64,000 bases of DNA, taken from NCBI GenBank assembly GCA_030390025.1, contig JASTWF010000335.1, positions 434,001 through 498,000 of the forward strand, read 5' to 3'. The DNA comes from Squalus acanthias. Taxonomy: Eukaryota. Positions 11,700 to 26,600 of the stretch are shown here, in pieces (within the stretch, counting starts at the first letter, position 1; every line of letters starts with the position of its first letter). Under the pieces are notes generated by a model. It saw only the letters and a list, made by a program, of their open reading frames with translations. It was not told the origin of the DNA and ran no database searches. The translations under genes were made by a program, and so were the position numbers.

Positions 11700-14600
11700 T
11701 AGGAACACAGGACCAGGAGGAGGCCATTCAGCCCATCGAGCCTGTTACCACAGAAACAGGAGGAGGCCATTCAGCCCTTTGAGCCGGGTTACACAGGAAC
11801 AGGAGGAGGCCCATTCAGCACCTCGAGCCTGTTACACAGGAACAGGAGGAGGCCATTCAGCCCCTCGAGCCTGTTACACAGGAACAGGAGGAGGCCATTC
11901 AGCCCCTCGAGCCTGTTACACAGTAACAGGAGGAGGCCATTCAGCCCACTCGAGTCTGTTACCATAGGAACAGGAGGAGGCCATTCAGCCCCCTCGAGTC
12001 TGTTACCATAGGAACTGGAGGAGGCCCATTCAGCCCCCTCGAGCCTGTTACATAGGAGCAGGAGGAGGCCATTCAGCCCCCTCGAGTCTGTTCCATAGGA
12101 ACAGGAGGAGGCCCATTCAGCCCCTCGAGCCTGTTAACAGGAATAGGAGGAGGCCATTCAGCCCCCTCGAGCCTGTTACACAGGAACAGGAGGAGGCCCA
12201 TTCAGACCCTCGAGCCTGTTACACAGGAACAGGAGGAGGCCCATTCAGCCCCTCGAGCCTGTTACATAGGAACAGGAGGAGGCCATTCAGCACCCTCGAG
12301 CCTGTTACACAGGAACAGCAGGAGGCAATTCAGCTCCCTCGAGCCTGTTACCATAGGAACAGAAGGAGGCCATTCAGCCCCCTCGAGCCTGTTACACAGG
12401 AACAGGAGGAGGTCATTCAGCTCCCTATAGCCTGTTACATAGGAACAGGAGGAGGCCATTCAGCCCCCTCGAGCCTGTTACACAGGAACAGGAGGAGGCC
12501 ATTCAGCCCCCTCGAGCCTGTTACATAGGAACAGGAAGAGGCCCATTCAGCCCCTCGAGCCTGTTACATAGGAACAGGAGGAGGCCCATTCAGCACTCGA
12601 GACTGTCACACAGGAACGGGAGGAGGCTATTCAGCCCTTTTAGCCGGTTACACAGGAACAGTAGGAGGTCATTCAGCCCCCTCGAGCCTGTTACATAGGA
12701 ACAGGAGGAGGCCATTCAGCCTCCTCGAGCCTGTTTCCATAGGAACAGGAGGAGGCCATTCAGCCCCTCGAGCCTGTTACACAGGAACAGGAGGAGGCCA
12801 TTCAGCCCCCTCGAGCCTGTTACACAGGAACAGGAGGAGGCCATTCAGCCCCCTCGAGTCTGTTACACAGGAACAGGAGGAGGCCATTCAGCCCCCTCGA
12901 GCCTGTTACACAGGAACAGGAGGAGGCCATTCAGCCCCCTCGAGCCTGTTACCATAGGAACAGGAGGAGGCCATTCAGCCCCTCGAGCCTGTTAATAAAG
13001 GAACAGGAGGAGGCCATTCAGCCCCCTCGAGCCTGTTACATAGGAACAGGAGGAGGTCATTCAGCCCCTCGAGCCTGTTACATAGGAACAGGAGGAGGCC
13101 ATTCAGCCCCTCGAGTCTGTTACACAGGAACAGCAGGAGGCCATTCGGCCTCTCAAGCCAGTTACCATAGGAACAGGAGGAGGCCATTCAGCCCTTTGAG
13201 CCCGTTACCACAGGAACAGGAGGAGGCCCATTCAGCCCTTTGAGCCCGTTACACAGGAACAGGAGGAGGCCATCCAGCCCCCTCGAGCCTTTTACACAGG
13301 ACATGGAGGAGGCCATTCAGCCCCCTCGTGGCTGTTACACAGGAACAGGAGGAGGCCATTCAGCCCCTCGAGTCTGTTACACAGGAACAGGAGGAGGCCA
13401 TTGAGCCCCCTCGAGCCTGTTACACAGGAACAGGAGGAGGCCATTCAGCCCATTTGAGCCTGTTACACAGGAACAGGAGGAGGCCGTTCAGCTCCTTGAG
13501 TCTGTCACACAGGAATAGGAGGAGGCCCATTCAGCCCCCTCGAGTCTGTTACCATAGGAACAGGATAAGGCCATTCAGCTCCTCGAGACTGTTACACAGG
13601 AACAGGAGGACGCCATTCAGCCCCCTCGAGCCTGTTACGTAGGAACAGGAGGACGCCATTCAGCCCCCTCGAGCCTGTTACACAGGAACAGGAGGAGGCC
13701 CATTCAGCCCCTCGAGCCTGTTACACAGGAACAGGAGGAGGCCATTTAGCCCCCTAAAGCCTGTTACAGAGGAACAGGAGGAGGCCATTCAGCCACTCAA
13801 GCCTGTTACACAGGAACAGGAGGAGGCCATTCAGCCCGCTCGAGCCTGTTACACAGGAACAGGAGGAGGCCATTCAGCCCCCACGAGTCTGTTACACAGG
13901 AACAGGAGGAGGCCATTCAACCCCTCGAGCCTGTTACCACAGGAACAGGAGGAGGCTATTCAGCCCCTCGAGCCTGTTACACAGGAACAGGATGAGGCCA
14001 TTCAGCCCCCACGAGTCTGTTGCACAGGAACAGGAGGAGGCCAATCAGCCCCTTGAGCCTATTTCATAGGAACAGGAGGAGGCCATTCAGTCCCTCAAGC
14101 CTGTTGCACAGGAACAGGAGAAGGCCATTCAGCACCTCAAGCCTCTTACACAGGAACAGGAGTAGTCCATTCAGCACCTCAAGCCTGTTACACAGGAACA
14201 GGAGGAGGCCATTCTGCCCCTCAAGCCTGTTACACACGAACAGGAGGAGGCCATTCAGCACCTCGAGTCTGTTACACAGGAACAGGAGGAAGACATTCAG
14301 CTCCTCGAGCCTGTCACACAGGAACAGGAGGAGGCCATTCAGCTCCTCGAGCCTGTTACATTAGGAACAGGAGGAGGCCATTCAGCTCCTCGAGCCTCTT
14401 ACATTAGCAACAGGAGGAGGCCCATTCCGCCCCCTTGAGTCAGATCCACAGGAACAGAAGGAGGCCATTCAGCCCATTGAACCTGTTACACAGGAACAGG
14501 AGGAGGCAATTCAGCCCCTCGAGTCCGTTACACAGGAACTGGAGGAGCCATTCAGCCCCCTCGAGTCCATTACACAGGAAAAGGAGGAGGCCATTCAGCC

Positions 14601-17600
14601 CCTCAAACCTGTTACACAGAAACAGCAGGAGGCCATTCAGCCCTTCGAGCCTGTTACAGATGAACAGCAGGAGGCCATTCAGCCCCTCAAACCTGTTACA
14701 CAGGAACAGGAGGAGGCCATTCAGCTCCTTGAGCCTGTCACACAGGAATAGGAGGAGGCCATTCAGCTCCTCGAGCCTGTTACACAGGAACAGGAGGAGG
14801 CCATTCAACCCCTCGAGCCTGTTACCACAGGAACAGGAGGAGGCCATTCAGCCCCTGGAGCCTGTTACACAGGAACAGGATGAGGCCATTCAGCCCCCAC
14901 GAGTCTGTTGCACAGGAACAGGAGGAGGCCAATCAGCCCCTTGAGCCTATTTCATAGGAACAGGAGGAGGCCATTCAGTCCCTCAAGCCTGTTACACAGG
15001 AACAGGAGGAGGCCATTCAGCCCCTCAAGCCTGTTACACAGGAACAGGAGGAGGCCATTCAGCCCCTCAAGCCTGTTACACAGGAACAGGAGGAGGCCAT
15101 TCAGCTCCTCGAGCCTGTTACACAGGAACAGGATGAGGCCATTCAGCCCCTCGTGTCTATTACACAGGAACAGGATGAGGCCATTCAGCCCCTCGTGTCT
15201 ATTACACAGGAACAGGAGGAGGCCATTCAGCCCCTCAAGTCTGTTACACAGGAACAGGAGGAGGCCATTCAGCCCTTTGAGCCTGTTACACAGGACAGGA
15301 GGAGGCCATTCAGCCCCTCAAGCCTGTTACACAGGAACAGGAGGAGGCCATTCAGCCCCTCAAGCCTGTTACACAGGAACAGGAGGAGGCCATTCAGCCC
15401 CTCAAGCCTGTTACACAGGAACAGGAGGAGGCCATTCAGCTCCTCGAGCCTGTCACACAGTAATAGGAGGAGGCCATTCAGCTCCTCGAGCCTGTTACAT
15501 TAGGAACAGGAGGAGGCCATTCAGCTCCTCGAGCCTCTTACATTAGCAACAGGAGGAGGCCCATTCCACCCCCTCGAGTCAGATCCACAGAAACAGCAGG
15601 AGGCCATTCAGCCCTTCGAGCCCGTTACACAGGAACAGGAGGAGGCCATTCAGCTCCTCGAGCCTGTCACACAGTAATAGGAGGAGGCCATTCAGCTCCT
15701 CGAGCCTGTTACATTAGGAACAGGAGGAGGCCATTCAGCTCCTCGAGCCTCTTACATTAGCAACAGGAGGAGGCCCATTCCACCCCCTCGAGTCAGATCC
15801 ACAGAAACAGCAGGAGGCCATTCAGCCCCTCGAGCCTGCTACACAGGAACAGGATGAGGCCCATTCAGCCCCTCGAGCCTGTTGCACAGGAACAGGAGGA
15901 GCCCATTCAGCTCCCTTGAGTCCATTACACAGGAGCAGGAGGAGGCCATTCAGCCCCTCGAGCCTGTTGCACAGGAAAAGGAGGAGGCCAATCAGCCCCT
16001 TGAGCCTATTGCATAGGATCAGAAGGAAGGCATTCTGCCCCTCAAGCCTGTTACACAAGAACAGGAGGAGGCCATTCAGCCCCTCAAGCCTTTTACACAG
16101 GAACAGGAGCAGGCCATTCAGCCCCTCAAGCCTGTTACACAGGAACAGGAGGAGGCCATTCAGCCTGCTCGAGCCTGTTACACAGGAACAGGAGGAGGCA
16201 ATTCAGCCCCCACGAGTCTGTTACACAGGAACAGGAGGAGGCATTTCAGCCCCTCGAGTCTGTTATACAGGAACAGGAGGAGGCCATTCGGCCTCTCAAG
16301 CAAGTTACCATAGGAACAGGAGGAGGCCATTCAGCCTCTCGAGCCAGTTACCATAGGAACAGCAGGAGGCCCATTCAGCCCCCTCGAGCCTGTTACACAG
16401 GAACAGGAGGAGGCCATTCAGCCCCTCGAGCCTGTTACACAGGAACAGGAGGAGGCCAATCAGCCCCTTGAGCCTATTGCATAGGAACAGGAGAAGGCCA
16501 TTCAGCACCTCAAGCCTGTTACACAGGAACAGGAGGAGGCCATTCAGCACCTCAAGCCTGTTACATTAGGAACAGGAGGAGGCCATTCAGCTCCTCGAGC
16601 CTGTTACATTAGCAACAGGAGGAGGCCCATTCCGCCCCCTCGAGTCAGATCCACAGGAACAGGAGGAGGCCATTCAGCCAGCTCGAGCCTGTTACACAGG
16701 AACAGGAGGAGGCCATTCAGCCCCCACGAGCCTGTTACACAGGAACAGGAGGAGGCCATTCAGCCCCCTCGAGTCTGTTACACAGGAACAGGAGGAGGCC
16801 ATTCAGCCCCCTCGAGCCTGTTACACAGGAACAGGAGGAGGCCATTCAGCCCCCTCGAGCCTGTTACCATAGGAACAGGAGGAGGCCATTCAGCCCCTCG
16901 AGCCTGTTAATAAAGGAACAGGAGGAGGCCATTCAGCCCCCTCGAGCCTGTTACGTAGGAACAGGAGGACGCCATTCAGCCCCCTCGAGCCTGTTACACA
17001 GGAACAGGAGGAGGCCCATTCAGCCCCTCGAGCCTGTTACACAGGAACAGGAGGAGGCCATTTAGCCCCCTAAAGCCTGTTACAGAGGAACAGGAGGAGG
17101 CCATTCAGCCACTCAAGCCTGTTACACAGGAACAGGAGGAGGCCAAACAGCCCCTCAAGCCTGTTACACAGGAACAGGAGGAGGCCATTCAGCTCCTCGA
17201 GCCTGTCACACAGGAATAGGAGGAGGCCATTCAGCTCCTCGAGCCTGTTACATTAGGAACAGGAGGAGGCCATTCAAATCTTTGAGCCTGTTGCACAGGA
17301 ACAGGAGGAGGCCATTCAGCCCGCTCGAGCCTGTTACACAGGAACAGGAGGAGGCCATTCAGCCCCCACGAGTCTGTTACACAGGAACAGGAGGAGGCCA
17401 TTCAACCCCTCGAGCCTGTTACCACAGGAACAGGAGGAGGCTATTCAGCCCCTCGAGCCTGTTACACAGGAACAGGATGAGGCCATTCAGCCCCCACGAG
17501 TCTGTTGCACAGGAACAGGAGGAGGCCAATCAGCCCCTTGAGCCTATTTCATAGGAACAGGAGGAGGCCATTCAGTCCCTCAAGCCTGTTGCACAGGAAC

Positions 17601-20600
17601 AGGAGAAGGCCATTCAGCACCTCAAGCCTCTTACACAGGAACAGGAGTAGTCCATTCAGCACCTCAAGCCTGTTACACAGGAACAGGAGGAGGCCATTCT
17701 GCCCCTCAAGCCTGTTACACACGAACAGGAGGAGGCCATTCAGCACCTCGAGTCTGTTACACAGGAACAGGAGGAAGACATTCAGCTCCTCGAGCCTGTC
17801 ACACAGGAACAGGAGGAGGCCATTCAGCTCCTCGAGCCTGTTACATTAGGAACAGGAGGAGGCCATTCAGCTCCTCGAGCCTCTTACATTAGCAACAGGA
17901 GGAGGCCCATTCCGCCCCCTTGAGTCAGATCCACAGGAACAGAAGGAGGCCATTCAGCCCATTGAACCTGTTACACAGGAACAGGAGGAGGCAATTCAGC
18001 CCCTCGAGTCCGTTACACAGGAACTGGAGGAGCCATTCAGCCCCCTCGAGTCCATTACACAGGAAAAGGAGGAGGCCATTCAGCCCCTCAAACCTGTTAC
18101 ACAGAAACAGCAGGAGGCCATTCAGCCCTTCGAGCCTGTTACAGATGAACAGCAGGAGGCCATTCAGCCCCTCAAACCTGTTACACAGGAACAGGAGGAG
18201 GCCATTCAGCTCCTTGAGCCTGTCACACAGGAATAGGAGGAGGCCATTCAGCTCCTCGAGCCTGTTACACAGGAACAGGAGGAGGCCATTCAACCCCTCG
18301 AGCCTGTTACCACAGGAACAGGAGGAGGCCATTCAGCCCCTGGAGCCTGTTACACAGGAACAGGATGAGGCCATTCAGCCCCCACGAGTCTGTTGCACAG
18401 GAACAGGAGGAGGCCAATCAGCCCCTTGAGCCTATTTCATAGGAACAGGAGGAGGCCATTCAGTCCCTCAAGCCTGTTACACAGGAACAGGAGGAGGCCA
18501 TTCAGCCCCTCAAGCCTGTTACACAGGAACAGGAGGAGGCCATTCAGCCCCTCAAGCCTGTTACACAGGAACAGGAGGAGGCCATTCAGCTCCTCGAGCC
18601 TGTTACACAGGAACAGGATGAGGCCATTCAGCCCCTCGTGTCTATTACACAGGAACAGGATGAGGCCATTCAGCCCCTCGTGTCTATTACACAGGAACAG
18701 GAGGAGGCCATTCAGCCCCTCAAGTCTGTTACACAGGAACAGGAGGAGGCCATTCAGCCCTTTGAGCCTGTTACACAGGACAGGAGGAGGCCATTCAGCC
18801 CCTCAAGCCTGTTACACAGGAACAGGAGGAGGCCATTCAGCCCCTCAAGCCTGTTACACAGGAACAGGAGGAGGCCATTCAGCCCCTCAAGCCTGTTACA
18901 CAGGAACAGGAGGAGGCCATTCAGCTCCTCGAGCCTGTCACACAGTAATAGGAGGAGGCCATTCAGCTCCTCGAGCCTGTTACATTAGGAACAGGAGGAG
19001 GCCATTCAGCTCCTCGAGCCTCTTACATTAGCAACAGGAGGAGGCCCATTCCACCCCCTCGAGTCAGATCCACAGAAACAGCAGGAGGCCATTCAGCCCT
19101 TCGAGCCCGTTACACAGGAACAGGAGGAGGCCATTCAGCTCCTCGAGCCTGTCACACAGTAATAGGAGGAGGCCATTCAGCTCCTCGAGCCTGTTACATT
19201 AGGAACAGGAGGAGGCCATTCAGCTCCTCGAGCCTCTTACATTAGCAACAGGAGGAGGCCCATTCCACCCCCTCGAGTCAGATCCACAGAAACAGCAGGA
19301 GGCCATTCAGCCCCTCGAGCCTGCTACACAGGAACAGGATGAGGCCCATTCAGCCCCTCGAGCCTGTTGCACAGGAACAGGAGGAGCCCATTCAGCTCCC
19401 TTGAGTCCATTACACAGGAGCAGGAGGAGGCCATTCAGCCCCTCGAGCCTGTTGCACAGGAAAAGGAGGAGGCCAATCAGCCCCTTGAGCCTATTGCATA
19501 GGATCAGAAGGAAGGCATTCTGCCCCTCAAGCCTGTTACACAAGAACAGGAGGAGGCCATTCAGCCCCTCAAGCCTTTTACACAGGAACAGGAGCAGGCC
19601 ATTCAGCCCCTCAAGCCTGTTACACAGGAACAGGAGGAGGCCATTCAGCCTGCTCGAGCCTGTTACACAGGAACAGGAGGAGGCAATTCAGCCCCCACGA
19701 GTCTGTTACACAGGAACAGGAGGAGGCATTTCAGCCCCTCGAGTCTGTTATACAGGAACAGGAGGAGGCCATTCGGCCTCTCAAGCAAGTTACCATAGGA
19801 ACAGGAGGAGGCCATTCAGCCTCTCGAGCCAGTTACCATAGGAACAGCAGGAGGCCCATTCAGCCCCCTCGAGCCTGTTACACAGGAACAGGAGGAGGCC
19901 ATTCAGCCCCTCGAGCCTGTTACACAGGAACAGGAGGAGGCCAATCAGCCCCTTGAGCCTATTGCATAGGAACAGGAGAAGGCCATTCAGCACCTCAAGC
20001 CTGTTACACAGGAACAGGAGGAGGCCATTCAGCACCTCAAGCCTGTTACATTAGGAACAGGAGGAGGCCATTCAGCTCCTCGAGCCTGTTACATTAGCAA
20101 CAGGAGGAGGCCCATTCCGCCCCCTCGAGTCAGATCCACAGGAACAGGAGGAGGCCATTCAGCCAGCTCGAGCCTGTTACACAGGAACAGGAGGAGGCCA
20201 TTCAGCCCCCACGAGCCTGTTACACAGGAACAGGAGGAGGCCATTCAGCCCCCTCGAGTCTGTTACACAGGAACAGGAGGAGGCCATTCAGCCCCCTCGA
20301 GCCTGTTACACAGGAACAGGAGGAGGCCATTCAGCCCCCTCGAGCCTGTTACCATAGGAACAGGAGGAGGCCATTCAGCCCCTCGAGCCTGTTAATAAAG
20401 GAACAGGAGGAGGCCATTCAGCCCCCTCGAGCCTGTTACATAGGAACAGGAGGAGGTCATTCAGCCCCTCGAGCCTGTTACATAGGAACAGGAGGAGGCC
20501 ATTCAGCCCCTCGAGTCTGTTACACAGGAACAGCAGGAGGCCATTCGGCCTCTCAAGCCAGTTACCATAGGAACAGGAGGAGGCCATTCAGCCCTTTGAG

Positions 20601-23600
20601 CCCGTTACCACAGGAACAGGAGGAGGCCCATTCAGCCCTTTGAGCCCGTTACACAGGAACAGGAGGAGGCCATTCAGCCCCCTCGAGCCTTTTACACAGG
20701 ACATGGAGGAGGCCATTCAGCCCCCTCGTGGCTGTTACACAGGAACAGGAGGAGGCCATTCAGCCCCTCGAGTCTGTTACACAGGAACAGGAGGAGGCCA
20801 TTGAGCCCCCTCGAGCCTGTTACACAGGAACAGGAGGAGGCCATTCAGCCCATTTGAGCCTGTTACACAGGAACAGGAGGAGGCCGTTCAGCTCCTTGAG
20901 TCTGTCACACAGGAATAGGAGGAGGCCCATTCAGCCCCCTCGAGTCTGTTACCATAGGAACAGGATAAGGCCATTCAGCTCCTCGAGACTGTTACACAGG
21001 AACAGGAGGACGCCATTCAGCCCCCTCGAGCCTGTTACATAGGAACAGGAGGACGCCATTCAGCCCCCTCGAGCCTGTTACACAGGAACAGGAGGAGGCC
21101 CATTCAGCCCCTCGAGCCTGTTACACAGGAACAGGAGGAGGCCATTTAGCCCCCTAAAGCCTGTTACAGAGGAACAGGAGGAGGCCATTCAGCCACTCAA
21201 GCCTGTTACACAGGAACAGGAGGAGGCCAAACAGCCCCTCAAGCCTGTTACACAGGAACAGGAGGAGGCCATTCAGCTCCTCGAGCCTGTCACACAGGAA
21301 TAGGAGGAGGCCATTCAGCTCCTCGAGCCTGTTACATTAGGAACAGGAGGAGGCCATTCAAATCTTTGAGCCTGTTGCACAGGAACAGGAGGAGGCCATT
21401 CAGCCCGCTCGAGCCTGTTACACAGGAACAGGAGGAGGCCATTCAGCCCCCACGAGTCTGTTACACAGGAACAGGAGGAGGCCATTCAACCCCTCGAGCC
21501 TGTTACCACAGGAACAGGAGGAGGCTATTCAGCCCCTCGAGCCTGTTACACAGGAACAGGATGAGGCCATTCAGCCCCCACGAGTCTGTTGCACAGGAAC
21601 AGGAGGAGGCCAATCAGCCCCTTGAGCCTATTTCATAGGAACAGGAGGAGGCCATTCAGTCCCTCAAGCCTGTTGCACAGGAACAGGAGAAGGCCATTCA
21701 GCACCTCAAGCCTCTTACACAGGAACAGGAGTAGTCCATTCAGCACCTCAAGCCTGTTACACAGGAACAGGAGGAGGCCATTCTGCCCCTCAAGCCTGTT
21801 ACACACGAACAGGAGGAGGCCATTCAGCACCTCGAGTCTGTTACACAGGAACAGGAGGAAGACATTCAGCTCCTCGAGCCTGTCACAGAGGAACAGGAGG
21901 AGGCCATTCAGCTCCTCGAGCCTGTTACATTAGGAACAGGAGGAGGCCATTCAGCTCCTCGAGCCTCTTACATTAGCAACAGGAGGAGGCCCATTCCGCC
22001 CCCTCGAGTCAGATCCACAGGAACAGAAGGAGGCCATTCAGCCCATTGAACCTGTTACACAGGAACAGGAGGAGGCAATTCAGCCCCTCGAGTCCGTTAC
22101 ACAGGAACTGGAGGAGCCATTCAGCCCCCTCGAGTCCATTACACAGGAAAAGGAGGAGGCCATTCAGCCCCTCAAACCTGTTACACAGGAACAGGAGGAG
22201 GCCATTCAGCACCTCAAGCCTGTTACAGATGAACAGCAGGAGGCCATTCAGCCCCTCAAACCTGTTACACAGGAACAGGAGGAGGCCATTCAGCTCCTTG
22301 AGCCTGTCACACAGGAATAGGAGGAGGCCATTCAGCTCCTCGAGCCTGTTACACAGGAACAGGAGGAGGCCATTCAACCCCTCGAGCCTGTTACCACAGG
22401 AACAGGAGGAGGCCATTCAGCCCCTGGAGCCTGTTACACAGGAACAGGATGAGGCCATTCAGCCCCCACGAGTCTGTTGCACAGGAACAGGAGGAGGCCA
22501 ATCAGCCCCTTGAGCCTATTTCATAGGAACAGGAGGAGGCCATTCAGTCCCTCAAGCCTGTTACACAGGAACAGGAGGAGGCCATTCAGCCCCTCAAGCC
22601 TGTTACACAGGAACAGGAGGAGGCCATTCAGCCCCTCAAGCCTGTTACACAGGAACAGGAGGAGGCCATTCAGCTCCTCGAGCCTGTTACACAGGAACAG
22701 GATGAGGCCATTCAGCCCCTCGTGTCTATTACACAGGAACAGGATGAGGCCATTCAGCCCCTCGTGTCTATTACACAGGAACAGGAGGAGGCCATTCAGC
22801 CCCTCAAGTCTGTTACACAGGAACAGGAGGAGGCCATTCAGCCCTTTGAGCCTGTTACACAGGACAGGAGGAGGCCATTCAGCCCCTCAAGCCTGTTACA
22901 CAGGAACAGGAGGAGGCCATTCAGCCCCTCAAGCCTGTTACACAGGAACAGGAGGAGGCCATTCAGCCCCTCAAGCCTGTTACACAGGAACAGGAGGAGG
23001 CCATTCAGCTCCTCGAGCCTGTCACACAGTAATAGGAGGAGGCCATTCAGCTCCTCGAGCCTGTTACATTAGGAACAGGAGGAGGCCATTCAGCTCCTCG
23101 AGCCTCTTACATTAGCAACAGGAGGAGGCCCATTCCGCCCCCTCGAGTCAGATCCACAGAAACAGCAGGAGGCCATTCAGCCCTTCGAGCCCGTTACACA
23201 GGAACAGGAGGAGGCCATTCAGCCCCTCGAGCCTGCTACACAGGAACAGGATGAGGCCCATTCAGCCCCTCGAGCCTGTTGCACAGGAACAGGAGGAGCC
23301 CATTCAGCTCCCTCGAGTCCATTACACAGGAGCAGGAGGAGGCCATTCAGCCCCTCGAGCCTGTTGCACAGGAACAGGAGGAGGCCATTCAGCCCCTCAA
23401 GCCTGTTACACAAGAACAGGAGGAGGCCATTCAGCCCCTCAAGCCTTTTACACAGGAACAGGAGCAGGCCATTCAGCCCCTCAAGCCTGTTACACAGGAA
23501 CAGGAGGAGGCCATTCAGCCTGCTCGAGCCTGTTACACAGGAACAGGAGGAGGCAATTCAGCCCCCACGAGTCTGTTACACAGGAACAGGAGGAGGCATT

Positions 23601-26600
23601 TCAGCCCCTCGAGTCTGTTATACAGGAACAGGAGGAGGCCATTCGGCCTCTCAAGCAAGTTACCATAGGAACAGGAGGGCCATTCAGCCTCTCGAGCCAG
23701 TTACCATAGGAACAGCAGGAGGCCCATTCAGCCCCCTCGAGCCTGTTACACAGGAACAGGAGGAGGCCATTCAGCCCCTCGAGCCTGTTACACAGGAACA
23801 GGATGAGGCCATTCAGCCCCACGAGTCTGTTACACAGGAACAGGAGGAGGCCAATCAGCCCCTTGAGCCTATTGCATAGGAACAGGAGAAGGCCATTCAG
23901 CACCTCAAGCCTGTTACACAGGAACAGGAGGAGGCCATTCAGCACCTCAAGCCTGTTACATTAGGAACAGGAGGAGGCCATTCAGCTCCTCGAGCCTGTT
24001 ACATTAGCAACAGGAGGAGGCCCATTCCGCCCCCTCGAGTCAGATCCACAGGAACAGGAGGAGGCCATTCAGCCAGCTCGAGCCTGTTACACAGGAACAG
24101 GAGGAGGCCATTCAGACCCCACGAGTCTGTTACACAGGAACAGGAGGAGGCCATTCAGCCCCCTCAAGCATGTTACACAGGAACAGGAGGAGGCCATTCA
24201 GCCCCCTCAAGCATGTTACACAGGAACAGGAGGAGGCCATTCAGCCCCCTCGAGCCTGTTACACAGGAACAGGAGGAGGCCCATTCAGCCTCTCGAGCCT
24301 GTTACACAGGAACAGGAGGAGGCCATTCAGCCCCCTCGAGCCTGTTACACAGGCACAGGAGGAGGCCATTCAGCCCCCTCGAGCCCATCACACAGGAATA
24401 GGAAGAGGCCATTTATTCCTCGAACCTGTTACACAGGGAAAGGAGGTGGCCCATTCAGCCCTCGAGACTGTCACACAGGAACAGGATGAGGCCATTCAGC
24501 CCCACGAGTCTGTTACACAGGAACAGGAGGAGGCCATTCAGCCCCTCAAGCCTGTTACACAGGAACAGGAGGAGGCCATTCAGCCCCTCAAGCCTGTTAC
24601 ACAGGAACAGGAGGAGGCCATTCAGCCCCTCAAGCCTGTTACACAGGAACAGGAGGAGGCCATTCAGCTCCTCGAGCCTGTTACACAGGAACAGGATGAG
24701 GCCATTCAGCCCCTCGTGTCTATTACACAGGAACAGGAGGAGGCCATTCAGCCCCTCGAGTCTGTTACACAGGAACAGGATGAGGCCATTCAGCCCCTCG
24801 TGTCTATTACACAGGAACAGGAGGAGGCCATTCAGCCCCTCAAGTCTGTTACACAGGAACAGGAGGAGGCCATTCAGCCCTTTGAGCCTGTTACACAGGA
24901 ACAGGAGGAGGCCATTCAGCCCCCTCGAGCCTGTTACACAGGAACAGGAGGAGGCCATTCAGCCCCCTCGAGCCTGTTACACAGGAACAGGAGGAGGCCA
25001 TTCAGCCCCTCGAGCCTATCATACAGGAATAGGAGGAGGCCATTTATTCCTCGAACCTGTTACACAGGAAAAGGAGGAGGCCCATCCAGCCCTCAAGACT
25101 GTCACACAGGAACAGGATGAGGCCATTCAGCCCCACGAGTCTGTTGCACAGGAACAGGAGGAGGCCAATCAGCCCCTTGAGCCTATTGCATAGGAACAGG
25201 AGGAGGCCATTCAGCCCCTCATGCCTGTTACAGAGGAACAGGAGGAGGCCCATTAAGCCACTCAAGCCTGTTACACAGGAACAGGAGGAGGCCATTCAGC
25301 CCCTCGAGGCTGTTACACAGGAACAGGAGGAGGCCATTCAGCCCCTCGAGGCTGTTACACAGGAACAGGAGGAGGCCATTCAGCCCTTTGAGCCGGTTAC
25401 ACAGGAAAAGGAGGAGGCCCATTCAGCCCCCTCGAGAATGTTACATAGGAACAGGAGGACGCCATTCATCCCCATGAGCCTCTTACACAGGAACAGGAGG
25501 AGGCCATTCAGCCATTTCAGCCTGTTACACATGAACAGGAGGAGGCCATTCAGCCCCTCGAGCCTGTTACATAGGAACAGGAGGAGGTCATTCAGCACCT
25601 CAAGCCTGTTACACAGGAACAAGAGGAGGCCATTCAGCCCCTCAAGCCTCTTACACAGGAACAGGAGGAGGCCATTCAGCACCTCAAGCCTGTTACACAG
25701 GAACAAGAGGAGGCCATTCAGCACCTCAAGCCTGTTACACAGGAACAGGAGGAGGCCATTCAGCACCTCAAGCCTGTTACACACGAACAGGAGGAGGTCA
25801 TTCAGCCCCCCTCGAGACTGTTACAAAGGAACAGGAGGAGCCATTCAGCCCCTCGAGCCTGTCACACAGGAATAGGAGGAGGCCATTCAGCTCCTCGAGC
25901 CTGTTACACAGGAACAGGAGGAGGCCATTCAGCCCCTCGAGCCTGTTACACAGGAACAGGAGGAGGCCATTCAGCCCCTCGAGCCATTTACACAGGAACA
26001 GGAGGCGGCCGTTCAGCCCCCTCGAGTCAGATCCACAGGAATAGGAGGAGGCCATTCAGCTCCTCGAACCTGTTACACAGGAACAGAAGGAGGCCATTCA
26101 GCCCATTGAACCTGTTACACAGGAACAGGAGGAGGCCATTCATCCCCCTCGTACCTGTTACACAGGAACAGCAGGAGGCCATTCAGCCCCTCAAGCCTGT
26201 TACACAGGAACAGGAGAAGGCCATTCAGCCCCTCAAGCCTGTTACACAGGAACAGGAGGAGGCCATTCAGCTCCTCGAGCCTGTCACACAGGAATAGGAG
26301 GAGGCTATTCAGCTCCTCGAGCCTGTTACATTAGGAACAGGAGGAGGCCATTCAAATCTTTGAGCCTGATGCACAGGAACAGGAGGAGGCCATTCAGCCT
26401 CTCGAGCCATTTACCATAGGAACAGGAGGAGGCATTTCAGCCCCTCGAGTCTGTTACCCAGGAACAGCAGGAGGCCATTCGGCCTCTCAAGCCAGTTACC
26501 ATAGGAACAGGAGGAGGCCATTCAGCCCCTCGAGCCTGTTACCACAGGAACAGGAGGAGTCCATTCAGCCCCTCGAGCCTGTTACACAGGAACAGGAGGA

